A DNA stretch of 64,000 bases, taken from positions 62,001 through 126,000 of the forward strand of contig JADIIX010000028.1 in assembly GCA_027604505.1 (NCBI GenBank), given 5' to 3'. Made by a program: the position numbers and the translations under genes. Position 1 is the first letter of the stretch. Every line of letters starts with the position of its first letter. Source of the stretch: Gonapodya sp. JEL0774 (taxonomy: Eukaryota). Below, in pieces: positions 50,930-64,000 of the stretch. Below the pieces are notes generated by a model. That model made no database searches. It had not been told where the DNA came from and saw only the letters and a list, made by a program, of their open reading frames with translations.

Positions 50930-52680
50930 ATGCTGGAAGCTTCAGTGACTGCTGCACAAGGGGAGAAAACGGCTGTGGACTCCCAACCCGGGACCGAATC
51001 GTAGGTGTTGTTGGATATCCGAGTCAGCTGTCAGTGATTCAAGATTCTGTTTGCGGAACAAGATCGCCATTGCCAAGGAAGATAAACGCGCGTGTTGAGG
51101 AGCAGAAGCTCAGAAGGAAGGAACAGAACCGGGGTAAGTTCCTTGCGGGGTGCAGATGGTTCAAATACCGTAAAACAATTATGGTCTCTACGCTATTAGA
51201 AGCCCAGCGGCACCACAGAGGTATGTATTTTTGCTGATCATGGAAAGAATTTCGATAAACGAACTTTCAACGACGTACGTACTTATCTTCAGAGCGGAAA
51301 GAACGCTACACCATTGCTCTCGAACGCCGTGTGGCCGACCTTGTGTCTCAGCTCTGCTCTCATGGCCTTGAGCCCGTACCTGAACGCCGAGAACTCAGTG
51401 ATTCTCGGCCGCCTCCGCCCAAAAAGTCAATGAGCCACGCGAAAGGTACACGGCGGCACAACGACTCCGGGGAAGAAAGAGATGCAGATTCCTTTGCCTA
51501 CCCACCGCCTGCAGGCCAAGCTCGGTCGGAAGATGTGCTGGGGTATGGGAGCCAGGACCTACCCACTTTCTCAGGAGGCATCTCACAAAATCCAAATCAA
51601 ATTATGTGGTCCAATGACCGGAATGGACTCTATTCCAACGGTATCAGCGATTCAAAGCAACCAAGAGATGTAACTTCGCTTGAACCTCTCAATCTCAGCA
51701 GTCAAGGGGTATCTTTACCCTATTCCCTTGACTCAGTGAACTCAACTCCAGGGAACTTCTCAGCCATGGCTTCATCTGCAGAGAACAACCTTTTATCGTC
51801 TCTATTATCCGTTGTCAACTCGAGGGACCTTCTTGAAACGTCATCCTTGCAGACGGGACCAACACTCAGTCCATTCTCCTCTCCTGACCTTCTGTCGACA
51901 GAACCCTTAGGATCGGCGGCATATCCTGACTTCGGGACTATAGCATCTACAATTCTGCCCTCTGTCGCAGGTACCACACTTTGCTCACAGGGTTCAACGA
52001 GCACCCCGGACGGCAGCCCCCCACAAGTTGCAGACCCCTTAATTGATAGCTTTTTGCTTGAAAACCCAACGCCGTTCCCTCTATTCATGCACTTTTCCGA
52101 ACAAATCCTTCGCAACAATGGATATCCGAATATTCCACAAGTCTCCCAGAACATGGATTTCCTTGAAGCCAATACCCGCCAAATTTTCGCGAATTACATG
52201 TCCAGATACAATATGCCACTTCCTGCACCCGAGCAAGTACACTCAGCGCGCCTCCCTGACGCTTATTGTGGCATTCCACAACCTCCAACCGCTGACGGCA
52301 AGGCAGTCAGATTCAGCAGGTGTTTGGATTCGCTACCCAGCCCACAGGTGAAGGAACATTTGGTGGCACTGAAAATGGTGGGGTTGGTGGACATTGATGA
52401 CTTGTGTGAAGAGTAAGTGATTTACCTGGTCGGATTGTGGAAATTTTCTGTTGACTTAGTGTTTTGATGTGCTCTACTCATCAAGTCTTCAACACATGGC
52501 CCGCTACCGTGGAGTAAGTATGCAACGTGTCACGTCAGATTGCCCTGGTTTCCAACTATCTATTGGTTATCTCTGTGATAGAATCCTCTCGATTGGAGGA
52601 ACTGGCGCGTCCCGAAGGGTTTCTACGACAAATGGACCATCTTGAAAAATGTCAATAGCATTCCTGAGGACGATTTTTGA
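50930..52680 (+). CDS. bZIP transcription factor with DUF3425-like C-terminus
   Basis: Basic region and zipper split over short exons: RRKEQNR|EAQRHHR|ERKERYTIALERRVADL. C-terminus DIDDLCEE...NPLDWRNWRVPKGFYDKW. Confidence 0.75.
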
Positions 52681-52937
52681 ACGAACGAACTCTATGTGTT
52701 CTCGCCGTTTTCCGATTCGGCGTCACCATGAGTTTCCATTGTAGACTGTCTTTCCCTCGCTGGAGGGCATCGTGATTTGCTCTCGGGGTGAGCACCATAT
52801 AAGTAGTTGCACTTTGATAAGATCGTTTTGCGGATCCACATTCAGTTTTCGAATTCAATATTATTTTTTGAACCTTCTGGTCACGTCCTAGTTGAACACG
52901 CGTCCTTCCAAGCATCCTACTGTGCAATCGCCGTCTA

Positions 52938-54161
52938 TCATACTTGTGCTGTATTATCTGCAATCCACAGTGTGGCTTTAGTGCTTAGAGACAAATATGG
53001 GGTACTTCGCAAAGATCGCAAAACCTACCGGCAAAATAGACACCTTCCTCAGCGCGCCAAGTGGTCTTTAGGGAGATGTACGACGACAGAAACGCGCAAT
53101 TAGTGCAGCCGTTCACCTCTAAAACGATCAAAGGTAACGCCATCCCGGAACGTCCGGGGCAACGGAACCAGCGGGCGACCCACTCACCTGCCCAGTTGAG
53201 CCACCCGCGTATCCTGCCACTTCGAGCTGACCCGCGATAGGGTTTCCATACTTGTAGTTTGCCGCAGCGCCGAGGTACTTTCCCGACTCAACGTGCACCA
53301 ACCGTACTGGCTCCTCCCGGATCCAAACTTTTGCACCACGTGTGGCGCACGAGAGCTTCCAATTGTCGCCTACGAGGTGGAAGCAATCACATGAACGGTC
53401 ACAGTCTGCGTTGTGAGGCGAAGGGACAACATACCCGTGTCACCAGGAGCAGGATATGCGGAGACTTCCATGTTGTTGCTCAGCGGGGACCGGTGGTTGT
53501 GAGAGTGAAGGAACTTGTGCGTATTAGAGTGCTCCAAGCGAATAATGGACTCGCACGGAATACTGTAGTTGTTGTAATGGTGGTCCGTTCGTTGCATTTA
53601 GAGGCTCGAATATGTCTGCATTCTCCGGTTGCCGATGGGCTGGGCGACTCACGGATCCCTTTTCATGATCCGACCATTATTGTTATAAGCGAGCCGTTCT
53701 ACGAAAAGCGAAGTGTTCGCAACCTGCTCACCCTCGAGTACACTCCTTTCCGTATGCAGCCCGAACAATGAAGAAGCTGAAACAGACAGAGTCGACGGTT
53801 CGGCACGATGTCGATCATCCCAAATCTGCAATTTCATAGCCTCGCAAATCTCACCTGTTCGTATCATCTGGATTAGCGAATCCTGTGATACTGTGAGTTG
53901 GTGAAGCTTCACTTCTTGCAATCTATGCTGGCAATCTCAAAACTCCACTCACCTTTGCTGTCCAGAGCCAGTCCCATAATTGACACCATGTGAGTGAAGT
54001 TTATGCCCCGTTGAAACATGTGTGAGTTTCACGAGAGAGGCACAAGTCACAGGTTGAAATTCCGGGTCGATGGGTTCGTCGGGAGCACCAGATATTGACG
54101 AGGCGAGGACGAGAAGCATAACGAAGAAATGTAAATGCGATAAGATTGCGACTGGTTTCAT
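52938..54161 (-). CDS. SDF2: Stromal cell-derived factor 2-like ER protein (3 MIR domains)
   Basis: Signal peptide, then VTCASLVKLTHVSTGHKLHSHGVNYGTGSGQQS, IRLEHSNTHKFLHSHNHRSPLSNNMEVSAY, GDNW, PIAGQLEV and WRAEEGVYF. Confidence 0.9.
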
Positions 54162-54363
54162 TGTGATAGACGTTTGAAGTCGCGGCGAGAAATGGGGTTG
54201 GGGATCAGACGGTCAATCACTGCATTACGCACTTTTCAGGATATACTATTTGGTCATGCCAACAGCCCCTCTGGAACAATAAAATGCATCACGTATGTTC
54301 AGAACACGCTCATGGCACTGATTGTCTGAGAAATGCAAAAGGAGCGTGGGGCTATATTTGATA

Positions 54364-55178
54364 TCATGATTTACCGCTTCCCGCCGCCTTTCTCTCCGCA
54401 ACTTTCTTTTCGTTGGTCTTGACATACAGTTTCTCATACATTTCATCCACGCCAACGCGATAGCCGAATGCGAGACGGTTGGTTTCGTTGGCCTATTCAC
54501 GGGAACGTGGTACGAATTACCTCACGTTTCCCCTAAAGGGAAGCAAAAACGACTGCAATCTCACCATTGCTACAACTGCTTGAAGTTCACCCATCATGTC
54601 ATCTGTCATCCCGAGCTTTCGAGCGCTCGCTGTATGAGATGCGACGCAGTAATCGCAGCCGTTGGAGGTGGAAACGGCCACATCTTCACAGAAACCGGGG
54701 TTTGAAGTTCGCAGATTAGAAAGAGAAACTATCCTGTTCCGCAAGAGCGTAAACACACAAATCATCTCTTTCACGAGAGGGTCCAACGCTCCGGGCGCCA
54801 TAACGACCTTCATACGATCCCAGGTGCCCTTTTCGGGTGAGTAATGGCATTATGATCATATTGGCGGTGAACCTTGGTATTCTAAACTGCACATACCTTG
54901 AATGATGGATAGTGATTCGCGAGCACCTTCCAAAAATCATTGATTTGATGTGGGCCTTTCAGCTCAAAGGCTTTGATCATTTCATCATAGACCTCGCGGA
55001 CCTGTGTGTCAGCGTCTTCATAAGCAATTGGAGGAACGACAGGATTTTTTCGGGGTGTTGGGGTGGTTGAAAACTGGAGCTGAGTGAGTGTCGAACTTGG
55101 AGCCAGTCGCAAGGCAGAGGTCGGTTTAGCAATGGACTGAATCGCGCTTTGTTTTCTGAGGAATCGATTTGCGATCAT
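54364..55178 (-). CDS. AhpD/carboxymuconolactone decarboxylase family alkylhydroperoxidase with predicted mitochondrial presequence
   Basis: GALDPLVKEMI|YVAVSTSNGCDYCVASHTASARKLGM (CxxC...H motif) and ANETNRLA. The N-terminal ~45 aa is R/K/S/T-rich with no acidic residues. Confidence 0.87.
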
Positions 55179-55581
55179 TGTGTTCGTGGTTGAATTTATG
55201 GACTTGAAAGTTGATCTGGTTGATGGCTGCACCACCATCATGACTACCGTCAACACACTATCATGCTAGCAAAACATGCCATCCATCCTTTTCAAGACTT
55301 CATCCCCTGTTCTTGACTCGTCAAGTTTGAGCTGAATGCCGAAAAATTACTACCTGCCAGGACACATTGAATCAAAATCCTTTGCTTGGTAGATCAAATT
55401 GGAGAAGACCATTCTAAATTGTACTATTTAGTTCACAGATATTCAGGTGCACGAGTGAATAGTAACTTTGAAAGGGGATACATAAATTTGGGGTCCTGCC
55501 GAAAACACGCGCAGCCTTCGGCTGCCGGTCAAACCTTCCCGCAACAAGAGCAGGACGAACAAAAAGTCTCTGGTGCACATC

Positions 55582-57089
55582 ATGAGCGCTCCAGCACCTC
55601 CAGCGCCAGCCAAAGCGGGCTATGATGTCACAAAGGTCCGGCCTAAGGTGAGCTCATACGTGTACTCGTTGCTCATAAGAAGATTTCCCTTTCTGAAAGA
55701 AAACTGGATACCTGAATTAGTTGGATGACCATTACGAGTCCTCGAAGCTCCACCAATACATGAATTATAGCCCATCTGAGATTCCGGAGCCACCACCACT
55801 CCTTCCGTACACAGCTCCATCGGGTTATGCTGCTGGTTCGGAAGAATTCAAGTTTGAATTGGATCCAAATTTGGAGAAGGAAGATCCGGAAGTGTATCAA
55901 CTTCTTAAAGATGGCTATGGTGAGAGGACGGTAGCTCTCTGATGACAGCAGAAATCTCAGAACGAACGGCCATCATATGAATGCAACCCGGAAGTCATTC
56001 TCCACGACGTTCTGCCACCGAAGTACATCAAGGAACTGCGAAATACTCTCGATCCGATGTTGGCGGAAATGCCCTTTGGACGCAATGATTTCGAGGGGCT
56101 TCGCACCAGGCGCATTTACGCACTCATGTCACGGAGCTTGGCCTTCTATCACCTGCCAATGCATTCCAGAGTCACGAGAATCTTAGATAAAGTACTACTC
56201 CCAAAGTGAGCTGAAGTCTCACTGGCGCGTGAATGGATCGAAGTTTAACATGGTGCAACTTTGAACCGATCAGCTATCTCTTGTCTGTGTACCAAGCTAT
56301 CCAGATCCACTCTGGTGAACGTTCGCAATCAATGCACTCAGATGACTCGGTCATTCGCATTCCACGCCCAAGGCGCCACCAGATGGTCTCTACGATTTGG
56401 GTCAGTGTAACTGACGCATCTCCTTGTGCCAACGTTGTTGTCATTTCTCCCCGATGTGGAATGTAGGCTCTGGACGACTTCACCTCCACCAATGGCGCGA
56501 CAGTTGTTGTTCCCGGAAGTCACAAATGGGGCCCAGACCGTCGTCCCGTTGAAGGCCAGGACGAAATCGTGCAAGTTCAGATGAGGAAGGGAAGTGTGGT
56601 GTTGTTTCTAGGCACAACGATGTAAGTTGATGTTATTTGAACGAGGTTCCGAGATTGGTAGAGGACCTTTTCCGCGATGATAACCTGCCTCGGACTCGCA
56701 GTCACGGTGGGGGTGCAAACGTCTCACAGGACCCTCGTCTGGCACTGACGGTTCAATGTACGTAGTATAACCCTATTTGCTTGTCCCACCATCGTTTCTG
56801 ATGTTTGTACTACGTTCTAGATTGTGAACCCTACCTCCGGACTTACGAAAACCACCTCCTCATTACTCCTCCAAGGCTCGTCCCGTCACTCCCCAAAAAG
56901 CTTCAATCGTTGCTCGGCTACAGCGTGCATCGCCCGTTCATGGGCATGGTGGCCGGCGAGCATCCACTAAAGAGATTGGATCCTGAAGGTGCCGGGGGGG
57001 TTAGGTGGTACGAGCCAAGGAATGGTGCTGGTGGAATGCTTGATGAGAATGGGGAGGTTGTGGATCTCAACGAAAGGTCGCGAATTTGA
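55582..57089 (+). CDS. Phytanoyl-CoA dioxygenase (PhyH) family 2OG-Fe(II) oxygenase
   Basis: GRNDFEGLRTRRIYAL, QSMHSDD (HxD), ALDDFTSTNGATVVVPGSHKW, HGGGAN, RLALTVQY. Confidence 0.9.
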
Positions 57090-57348
57090 TGTGTTCCCCT
57101 CAAGTGTAATTTAGTGGATGCGTGCAATTTGGATTTCTATTCTTTCACAGTGATGTTCTATGAAAAGTCAGGTTGCCTCAGGCAATGAAACAAAAACTGC
57201 GCTGGCCGTACATTCGTGATTGAATTGTACTTTGCCCCTCTGTCCACGTTGGAGGTTCACGCAGGACCGGAACAAGTTTTATCCACCCAACCCTCAACTT
57301 GATCAGAGCTGGATCAACCTGATCCCCACCCAACACACCGCTTTGGCG

Positions 57349-58895
57349 ATGCCTCTCGGATCACCGCAGATGACCTTTCCAGCAGGGACACAATTCTTCA
57401 ACTCTGCAGAGAACGCATTCCGCGCTTCACACGAGGAACGATCCGCGTCATTCTCGGCATATGACCCTTTGGAATGCCCAACTATCGAGGGCGTTACAAC
57501 GTCCCCCAGTTCTTCGACGTTCTCTGGAGTTGGTGTCAGAGCAGCAGTCATGGATGATCCTACAAATGGAGAGATAGAGCAGCGGATATCATTAACATCC
57601 ACCTCTGATGTGCCAGTGGAGCCCTCCAAGATCCCGGCTAAGACCACTCTATCCACAATATCAGCATCGAGCAAGTTCCGTCTGAATGCAATCGCCAACA
57701 GCGTCGGGCAAATCGCCCGGGCCCCTGGGTCACCGAACAATCTCTCACACCTCCTCGAGGAAAACCGAAAATGGGCAGCCCGAATGGAGACTGAGAAACC
57801 GGGATGGTTCAAATCGCTCGCTCAGCAACAGGCTCCCGAGATTTTGTGGATTGGTGAGTATCAACAAGGGGATCGGAAAACAGTCCCAAGTTCCTTACAC
57901 GCGAGAAAAAATGGCAGATTCTGACACCAAAACCGACTGAAATTAACTATAATTCAAGGTTGCTCGGACTCTCGCGTACCTGCCAATACCATAACCAACC
58001 TGGCTCCCGGCGAAGTCTTTGTTCACCGGAATATCGCCAACGTCTTTCCCCACACGGACTTCAACGCTCTCAGTGTGTTGCAATACGCAGTGGATTATTT
58101 GAAAGTTAAACATATCATTGTATGTGGCCACTATGGCTGTGGAGGCGTGAAGGCAGCATATGAGTGAGTTCACACGTATATATCGCATCCAAGACAAATG
58201 TCCACAGCCTTAATCGTTTCAACCATGCTCTCCATCAAAAGGAATAAACAGCTTGGAACAATTGATAACTGGCTACGGCATATAAAGGTGATTCACTAAC
58301 ATATTGCCCTGGTCAGCTGGGAACTGTAAACGGTTTATCTCGACCTCCATACGGGTTCGTAGGACATCTACGAATCTCATTACGCCGAAATCATGTCTCT
58401 CGAAGATAAGGAATCGCGGATTGACTTTTTGGTAGAACTCAATGTCGCGAAGGTTGGTATTTTGCCTGAATATGTTGTCCCGTTACAAAGTCTTTTCACA
58501 CGAGCCGCACCTCTACCACCGACTTTCCCAGAGTGTTCTCAATGTCATCAACACACCTATCGTTCAGAATGCGTGGGCAAGAGGACAAGAACTTTGTGTC
58601 CATGGATGGTGCTACACGTTGAATGTGAGCTGACATGTCGCCACACTCCCCGCTCCATCGGTATTTGTAAACATTCACTACCATCGCTCCACAAATCCAG
58701 GATGGTCATATTCATGACCTTGGTCTTCACATTGATTCGCCGAAAACGCTCTCCCCAGTATTTGTTGCTTTCGAGAAGAGCGTTCAGCGTAAAGCGACCC
58801 GCAAGTTTTCCGGGACCCTCGCGAAGATCAGTGTTGATGATCACGGGAGGGTGCCCCCGCCTTTACCGCCGGTGGTGGGTTTGGGAGAGCATTAG
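57349..58895 (+). CDS. Beta-class carbonic anhydrase with a disordered N-terminal extension
   Basis: [66 protein letters not shown]. Confidence 0.93.
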
Positions 58896-59104
58896 TGTAC
58901 AGTCTGCCGGCTTCCGATGGAGAGCCGAGGCCAGACGCCGAAGGCACATTTACTGCAATTGGGACACCGAGAGCAAAATAATATAATGTACTGCGAATAA
59001 CTAATAGACATTGCATTTCTCGTCCCCAAGTTTAAGCATGACACATCTCTCCTGTGCTTTTACCCTGAAACCGCGGCGCCTCAGTACAACTTCGATTTTC
59101 GAAT

Positions 59105-62100
59105 ATGACCATGCAAGAGGACTTCCCTGATACGTGTCTGAATATGAAAGCTAGAAATGATGCACTACTAGACGTGAGGAGTACGCGTTGCGATCGTTCT
59201 GTGTCGAATCACGCAGACTTATTCGGACACATCGCGGTTCAGGAGCTCGATGCGATTACAGCATTGGTGAAGCGCCATCAAAATTACTCGGCAGACACTC
59301 GCGGAATCCAAGAATCCTCTCTTGATACCGCGATCGCGGAATCGAAGGTGAGTTCGCGTGGATTCCGCCCCCTTTACTGAGACTTCCTGGCTTGCGTATA
59401 CTCGTATATCTTTAGAAAGCTTTTCAAAAGGCATGTGAGAAGCTAGAAGCGTCAGACCGTGCCCAATTAGTGCACGATGGCGATCAAGGTGCTCGGCAAA
59501 TCACAAAACGAGAGAGAGGTGAGACACAGTGTTCCCGGTATTCTCGGGCGCCTGCAATTCTCAAGCTGTGGACTCCCTGTTATTAAGAGGAAATCCGGGA
59601 CACTCTCAGACGGGTGGACCAATTCCTTGATCATCAGAATCCACCAAAATCCAACGGATTACCGGTTCTAGTGGCCACTGTTTTCTCGAAAGAAGAAGCA
59701 GAACCCCGAGAATGCTTCATTGACCGCTCAAACCTCAGACGCCTCCTGAGAGATGTCGCGCCACCAGGGACAGATTTCAGCGATGACGACTTAGAACTCG
59801 GGAACGCGTGCGACCAGGAGGGAGTAGGAGCTCTTAGCGAGGAACTCGGCTATGGTGGTGCGATCTCTTCTGCTGGTGTGTCAGAACGCCTTCCGAAAAG
59901 TCGAAAGAATAGAAAACACCTGCGCATACCCGGCGTCAACGAATTCTACGAGAAATTTGGACGCCAAGAGGCCATAGAAACAGCTAAAGCGAACTTCAAG
60001 TTTCGAGAGGAGTTTGAGCGGAGCTTATTACCCGTCGAAACCGCCCCTTCTCCGCTGGATAGCAGTCACTGCTCTGACATCAATTGGGATCCCATCCGGG
60101 AGTGCTCGTGTATCTTACCCGAGTCCCACAACGAGACAACTGGAAGTCTTGTTGACCACACATCGGTCTTCAGATTTCTTCGAAGTGTCGCGAAGAAGGT
60201 CACATCCGTAGGCATTAGTTTCATCAAGGATCACAAGCAGCCGCCCACCACCTCCAATTATCTATGGCATGGATACTTCAATAAACCCCTTCCGTTGTTG
60301 CCCGAAGAAAATCCAAGCACAGACACTGCACGCTTCTGCATTGACAAGAAGTCCATGGCAAAAGATCCTTGCGTGTTCGTGTCAGACACGAATAAAGATG
60401 TAGATGAGCCACTTCCGCTACACCATCGAGTTCTCGTTTTGAGACCCATGATTGCGCATTGTGTCGCAAGGATTGCAGAGATAGCCAGTACTGATTCCGC
60501 TTTCAACATTGCATGCAGTGGTCAACTTCAAAGGAACATCGTAGAGACGGCGTGGAGAGGGGCAACTCTGAAGCTTTTTAATGTTGGTGACATGTAAGTG
60601 TCATTTTCCCGTTTTATCGACAGACGAATGTTTTCACCTGCTTTGGATCGCAGAGGCATGGCGATTCTGTCGGTCGTCCATCACGCCGAACCAAGCTTAA
60701 TCCCTAAACAATTCGCATCCAGCATTCTCGAAACTTGTGGGCCGATCCCAGGCGAAGAAGCTCTGAAGTCTGTGGTTTTCGGTCCCGCACACGACTTGTG
60801 GGAACTCGTGGTAGGGTTCATCGTGGACCTCGAGAAAGCCGGAGTGATATCCCTGGCTGATGGTGTAGAAGTATTGTGTAAGACATTTGGTCGAAGTATG
60901 GTGAAGCCGGTGAAGGTGCGCGCCACCCGTTTACTCAGCAGTGACCAGCATCGGAATATACTGATTCCGTAGCTTTTTTAGATGTCCTACGAACGGCTCC
61001 TAAAGAATCTAATTGATTTGCGGAGAGAACCGCGCACAAATGTCAAACTTATGCGGAAGGTATGAACAAGTGACCTGCTTGTCTTGCTCAGGAGTGCATA
61101 CTGACCCATTTCAATCCCACCGCTGAAGATCATCCAGTCGGACACACTTTATGTGCCATCTATTCTTATGAGAACTCAAGCTTCGGTCTCAGATCGAGCC
61201 GGTATAGCTCAACTTCTTCGCAGCGTTGCCACTTCCTCTGGAGATTTTGCATGGGTTATCGGCGCCATTGAAGAAGCTGTGGCCGTCGAAATCGAACAGA
61301 GTGAGTGGAGAAGAATGATTATGAACCGTCTCTCGCGACTGAACATTCCGATTCTTAGGGGAATTTGCATTGGAACACTCTCAGTGTTTCAACTCCACCG
61401 ATACGTCAATCGTCACTAAATTCTTGGCGGCACTTGCCTGTCATTTCGGAGCCAACTTTGTTGATGATGCTTGCAAGTCGGTTGAAACCGTCGTCGGTGA
61501 GCTTCACACGTGGGATTGGTTCACCGTGAGTTCAGCTTCGTTTAATGGAACAGATTATCATGACTGTTTAAGCCGAACCACGCTCAATACTAATCAGGAA
61601 ACAAAATCTAAGAAACTACACCGACAAACGATGGACCGCACGCGGACGAACCCTGCAATCACTGTATTGAAGAGTGGTCTGGAAGATTTGCTCAGAGTCC
61701 TTATGTTAGCGGAAAAGATGCCACCGTGAGTTGAGCCAGTTTGATACCTGTCAATAGCGCTTCATGCAATATTGCCATGAACACTTTGTCTCTCACCCGA
61801 ATAGTCCACTCTCATATCTTCTCTGCACTATCCGCGACGCTTCTTCGTCCGCCACTGCAGTCCGCTTCCTGCTCTCACTCGTCATAGTACCTCATCTTCG
61901 AGATCTCTCCCAAAGTACGAACTCGTCGATCGTATCCGCATCCCTCCGCGACTTTGCCGACGTTCTAAGTTTGATCTCTTTGGAAGGTGAAGTTAGGGAT
62001 GAAGACATTCGAATTGTCGCGGAAGGGTATAAGGAAGAAGCAAAGCGCTCAATGGCAGCTGCCGGTGTGAAGGCGCAGGTCCGGCGGTTAATCAAAGGAA

Positions 62101-62486
62101 TGGGAAAACACGTCCATAGGCTCGAGGGAGAACTCATGGTAGGGGAATCGTGTGGGAAGAAGCATTTCAGATACTCAGAAAACGCATCCTCCAACGTACC
62201 ATGCATTTTACCTTAGTCCATGGGAGGTCACCGCGCCTTTGCCGATACCCTCCAGTCCATTAGGACGGGTGATGGGATGAATGCTGACATCTGCGGGCCT
62301 CAATCCGGAAAGACACGCTCCGCCGCACTGATTGAAACCAAGCGCTTTGTCATTGACAATATGGATGAAATGCTCGCCATGGTGGATACAGATATGCGGA
62401 GGGGACGGGTGACGAGTGGAGTGAAGGGAAGGGTGAGTTTCGATAAACACCAAATTCCTCACGAGACCCTGAAAGTTGGTCTTTGA
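59105..62486 (+). CDS. Hypothetical multi-exon helical protein (ends approximate)
   Basis: A chain of + strand ORFs (including 327 aa at 59614-60597) separated by GT-AG introns. No family recognised. Confidence 0.6.
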
Positions 62487-63049
62487 AACCAGATGGAACT
62501 GTTCTTTGCGTGTGTTCTGATTCGACGAATTTGCTCCTGAGTCCTGAGCTCAATGCGCGGCCGGCAATGAATCTTGGTTGCCGCAATTCGGCAAATTCGT
62601 GAATGAAAGAATTAGTGTATCAAATTGCATTCGTCCGCACAAAATGTCCCAAGACCGGAGACAGATTTGAGCGAACGGGCCAAAGTTTGAAGAACATTTC
62701 CCACTGACGACCCGTCGGGTCGACGAGAACTTCCTCCACCAGCGCACTCTAAGCCAATCAACATTCCAATTCGCTTTGGTAGAAGTATGCAGTCATATTT
62801 TGCATTGATACATTATGCGTTTTGAAGCGTAATTACATAATATTTTCTTGATGTCCATTGGCCAACGAGAAGTTCATGGACGAATATATTAGTGTCAGCA
62901 AGATGCTTTTCCACAACCCTTACAGCTGCCCATATGTCAAGAGTGTGTCTATTCAAGCTAATATTGCCATCACTCCGGCCTGTTCGTTTCCACAAGGTTT
63001 CGAACTTGTTACGTTCACCAAAACTGTGGGTCCAAGATTCGCTGGATGT

Positions 63050-64000
63050 CTTCATGCTTATGTTTAGGTGCAACCCAAAAGCTACCCGATTTGGCGATTA
63101 AACTTTTCACCAGTTTCAAAGCATCAATTCTGAGATACTCAGGAATTCCGGCCACCCATGGAACTTTCACTACGTCGACTCGCCCTTTCTCCACAGGAAT
63201 ATGGATCTCTCAATGCTCGCACCTGCTGCAAGTAACCAGTGTACCAGCACGAGATCATCACGTGCTCATGCTCATCTCAAGGCGTCCTCGTTCTCAGCAT
63301 GCACATCAGCTCCCCCTGCGAGCAGCTGATCGACAACTTCGAGGTTCTGACTGGCGCATGCCTTCTTGAATGCTTTGGCACAGTGCACTCTGGCATGTTC
63401 ATTCGATTTCAACAGCATTCGTGCCAAACGGGATCACCCTCTCTTGGATGCTTTCATAAACTCCTCTTCAACGAGTTTCGGAGATTCCAAACCTCTACTC
63501 AGGAGCACTCTCGCGACTTCCACGTGACCATTGGAACAAGCCAAACGAAACGCCATGTCCTCTCCAGCCTGAGGGTTTGCGTTGTGTGCAAGAAGAGTTT
63601 CCACCAAGGAGGCATGTCCACGCTCGGCCGCGAATCTGAGAGCGCGATCCTCAAAGGCATGTACGTCTGCACCCTTGTTCAGAAGAAGCTCCACAATTTC
63701 TTGATGCCCGATCCCACACGCTCTCCACAAGGTGGCTTCCGCTTGTGGTGGATGTCTGCCCCTCGGTCAAGGAGCAGCTATACAACCGAAGTGAGACCGA
63801 ATGCCTGATAAAAATTGGTATGTGCATCATAAGTTTTAAGTAATTGTCGCCCCTGCGTTACAAAATCGTCAAGAGAATGCGTGGTTCGGAACTTCGTACT
63901 CACCGCCGCTTCCACGAGAGCATCATGTATACCCTCCTCATTACGCTCTAGGAAAAGTCCTACAATCTCTGTGTTTCCGATCCGAGCCGCCAACTTGAGT
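63050..64000 (-). pseudogene. Ankyrin-repeat pseudogene (5' part outside the window)
   Basis: Ankyrin repeats interrupted by TAG 63778-63780 (TSVV*LLLDRGADIH), a frameshift near 63740, and TGA at 63434, 63272 and 63266 (ENEDALR*A*ARDD). Confidence 0.75.

Noticed and set aside
39449..58895. Carboxylase, PhyH and carbonic anhydrase as a metabolic gene cluster
   Set aside because: They are separated by unrelated housekeeping genes (kinesin, RRM protein, bZIP, SDF2), and there is no evidence of co-regulation.
63266..63436. In-frame TGA codons in the ankyrin gene as additional selenocysteines
   Set aside because: The same frame also has a TAG and a frameshift, with no redox motif and no SECIS seen. 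Pseudogenisation is the simpler explanation.
1..64000. CRISPR arrays, rRNA, tRNA or prokaryotic operons
   Set aside because: The sequence is spliceosomal-intron-rich eukaryotic DNA. I saw no repeat-spacer arrays or cloverleaf/rRNA signatures by eye; tRNAscan-SE or Infernal would be decisive.

Overview
Eukaryotic, intron-rich DNA with short GT-AG introns. The gene content (a selenoprotein, a KIF12-like kinesin, several ankyrin genes) points to an early-diverging zoosporic fungus, probably Gonapodya-like; this is inference. About 25 genes are recognisable. Conserved genes: site-2 protease, Sec15, M14 carboxypeptidase, single-chain biotin-dependent acyl-CoA carboxylase, kinesin, Nam8/Ngr1-like RRM protein, bZIP factor, SDF2, AhpD/CMD, PhyH dioxygenase and beta-carbonic anhydrase. 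Highlights: (1) a SelenoU/PRXL2C gene with an in-frame TGA in a UxxC motif and a type-II SECIS hairpin in its 3' UTR, which the ORF track breaks in two; (2) a tandem array of four paralogues pairing an N-terminal PB1 domain with a conserved ~170-aa C-terminal domain that I cannot assign; (3) a VWA + IFI44-like GTPase + LOTUS/OST-HTH + U-box protein that looks like a candidate innate-immune or RNA-surveillance E3 ligase; (4) an F-box + ZnF-UBP + DUSP protein; (5) 8-9 nt microexons and a GC-AG intron in the carboxylase; (6) an ankyrin pseudogene. I found no rRNA, tRNA, CRISPR array or intact transposon. Exon boundaries were read by eye, and spans are approximate where noted.
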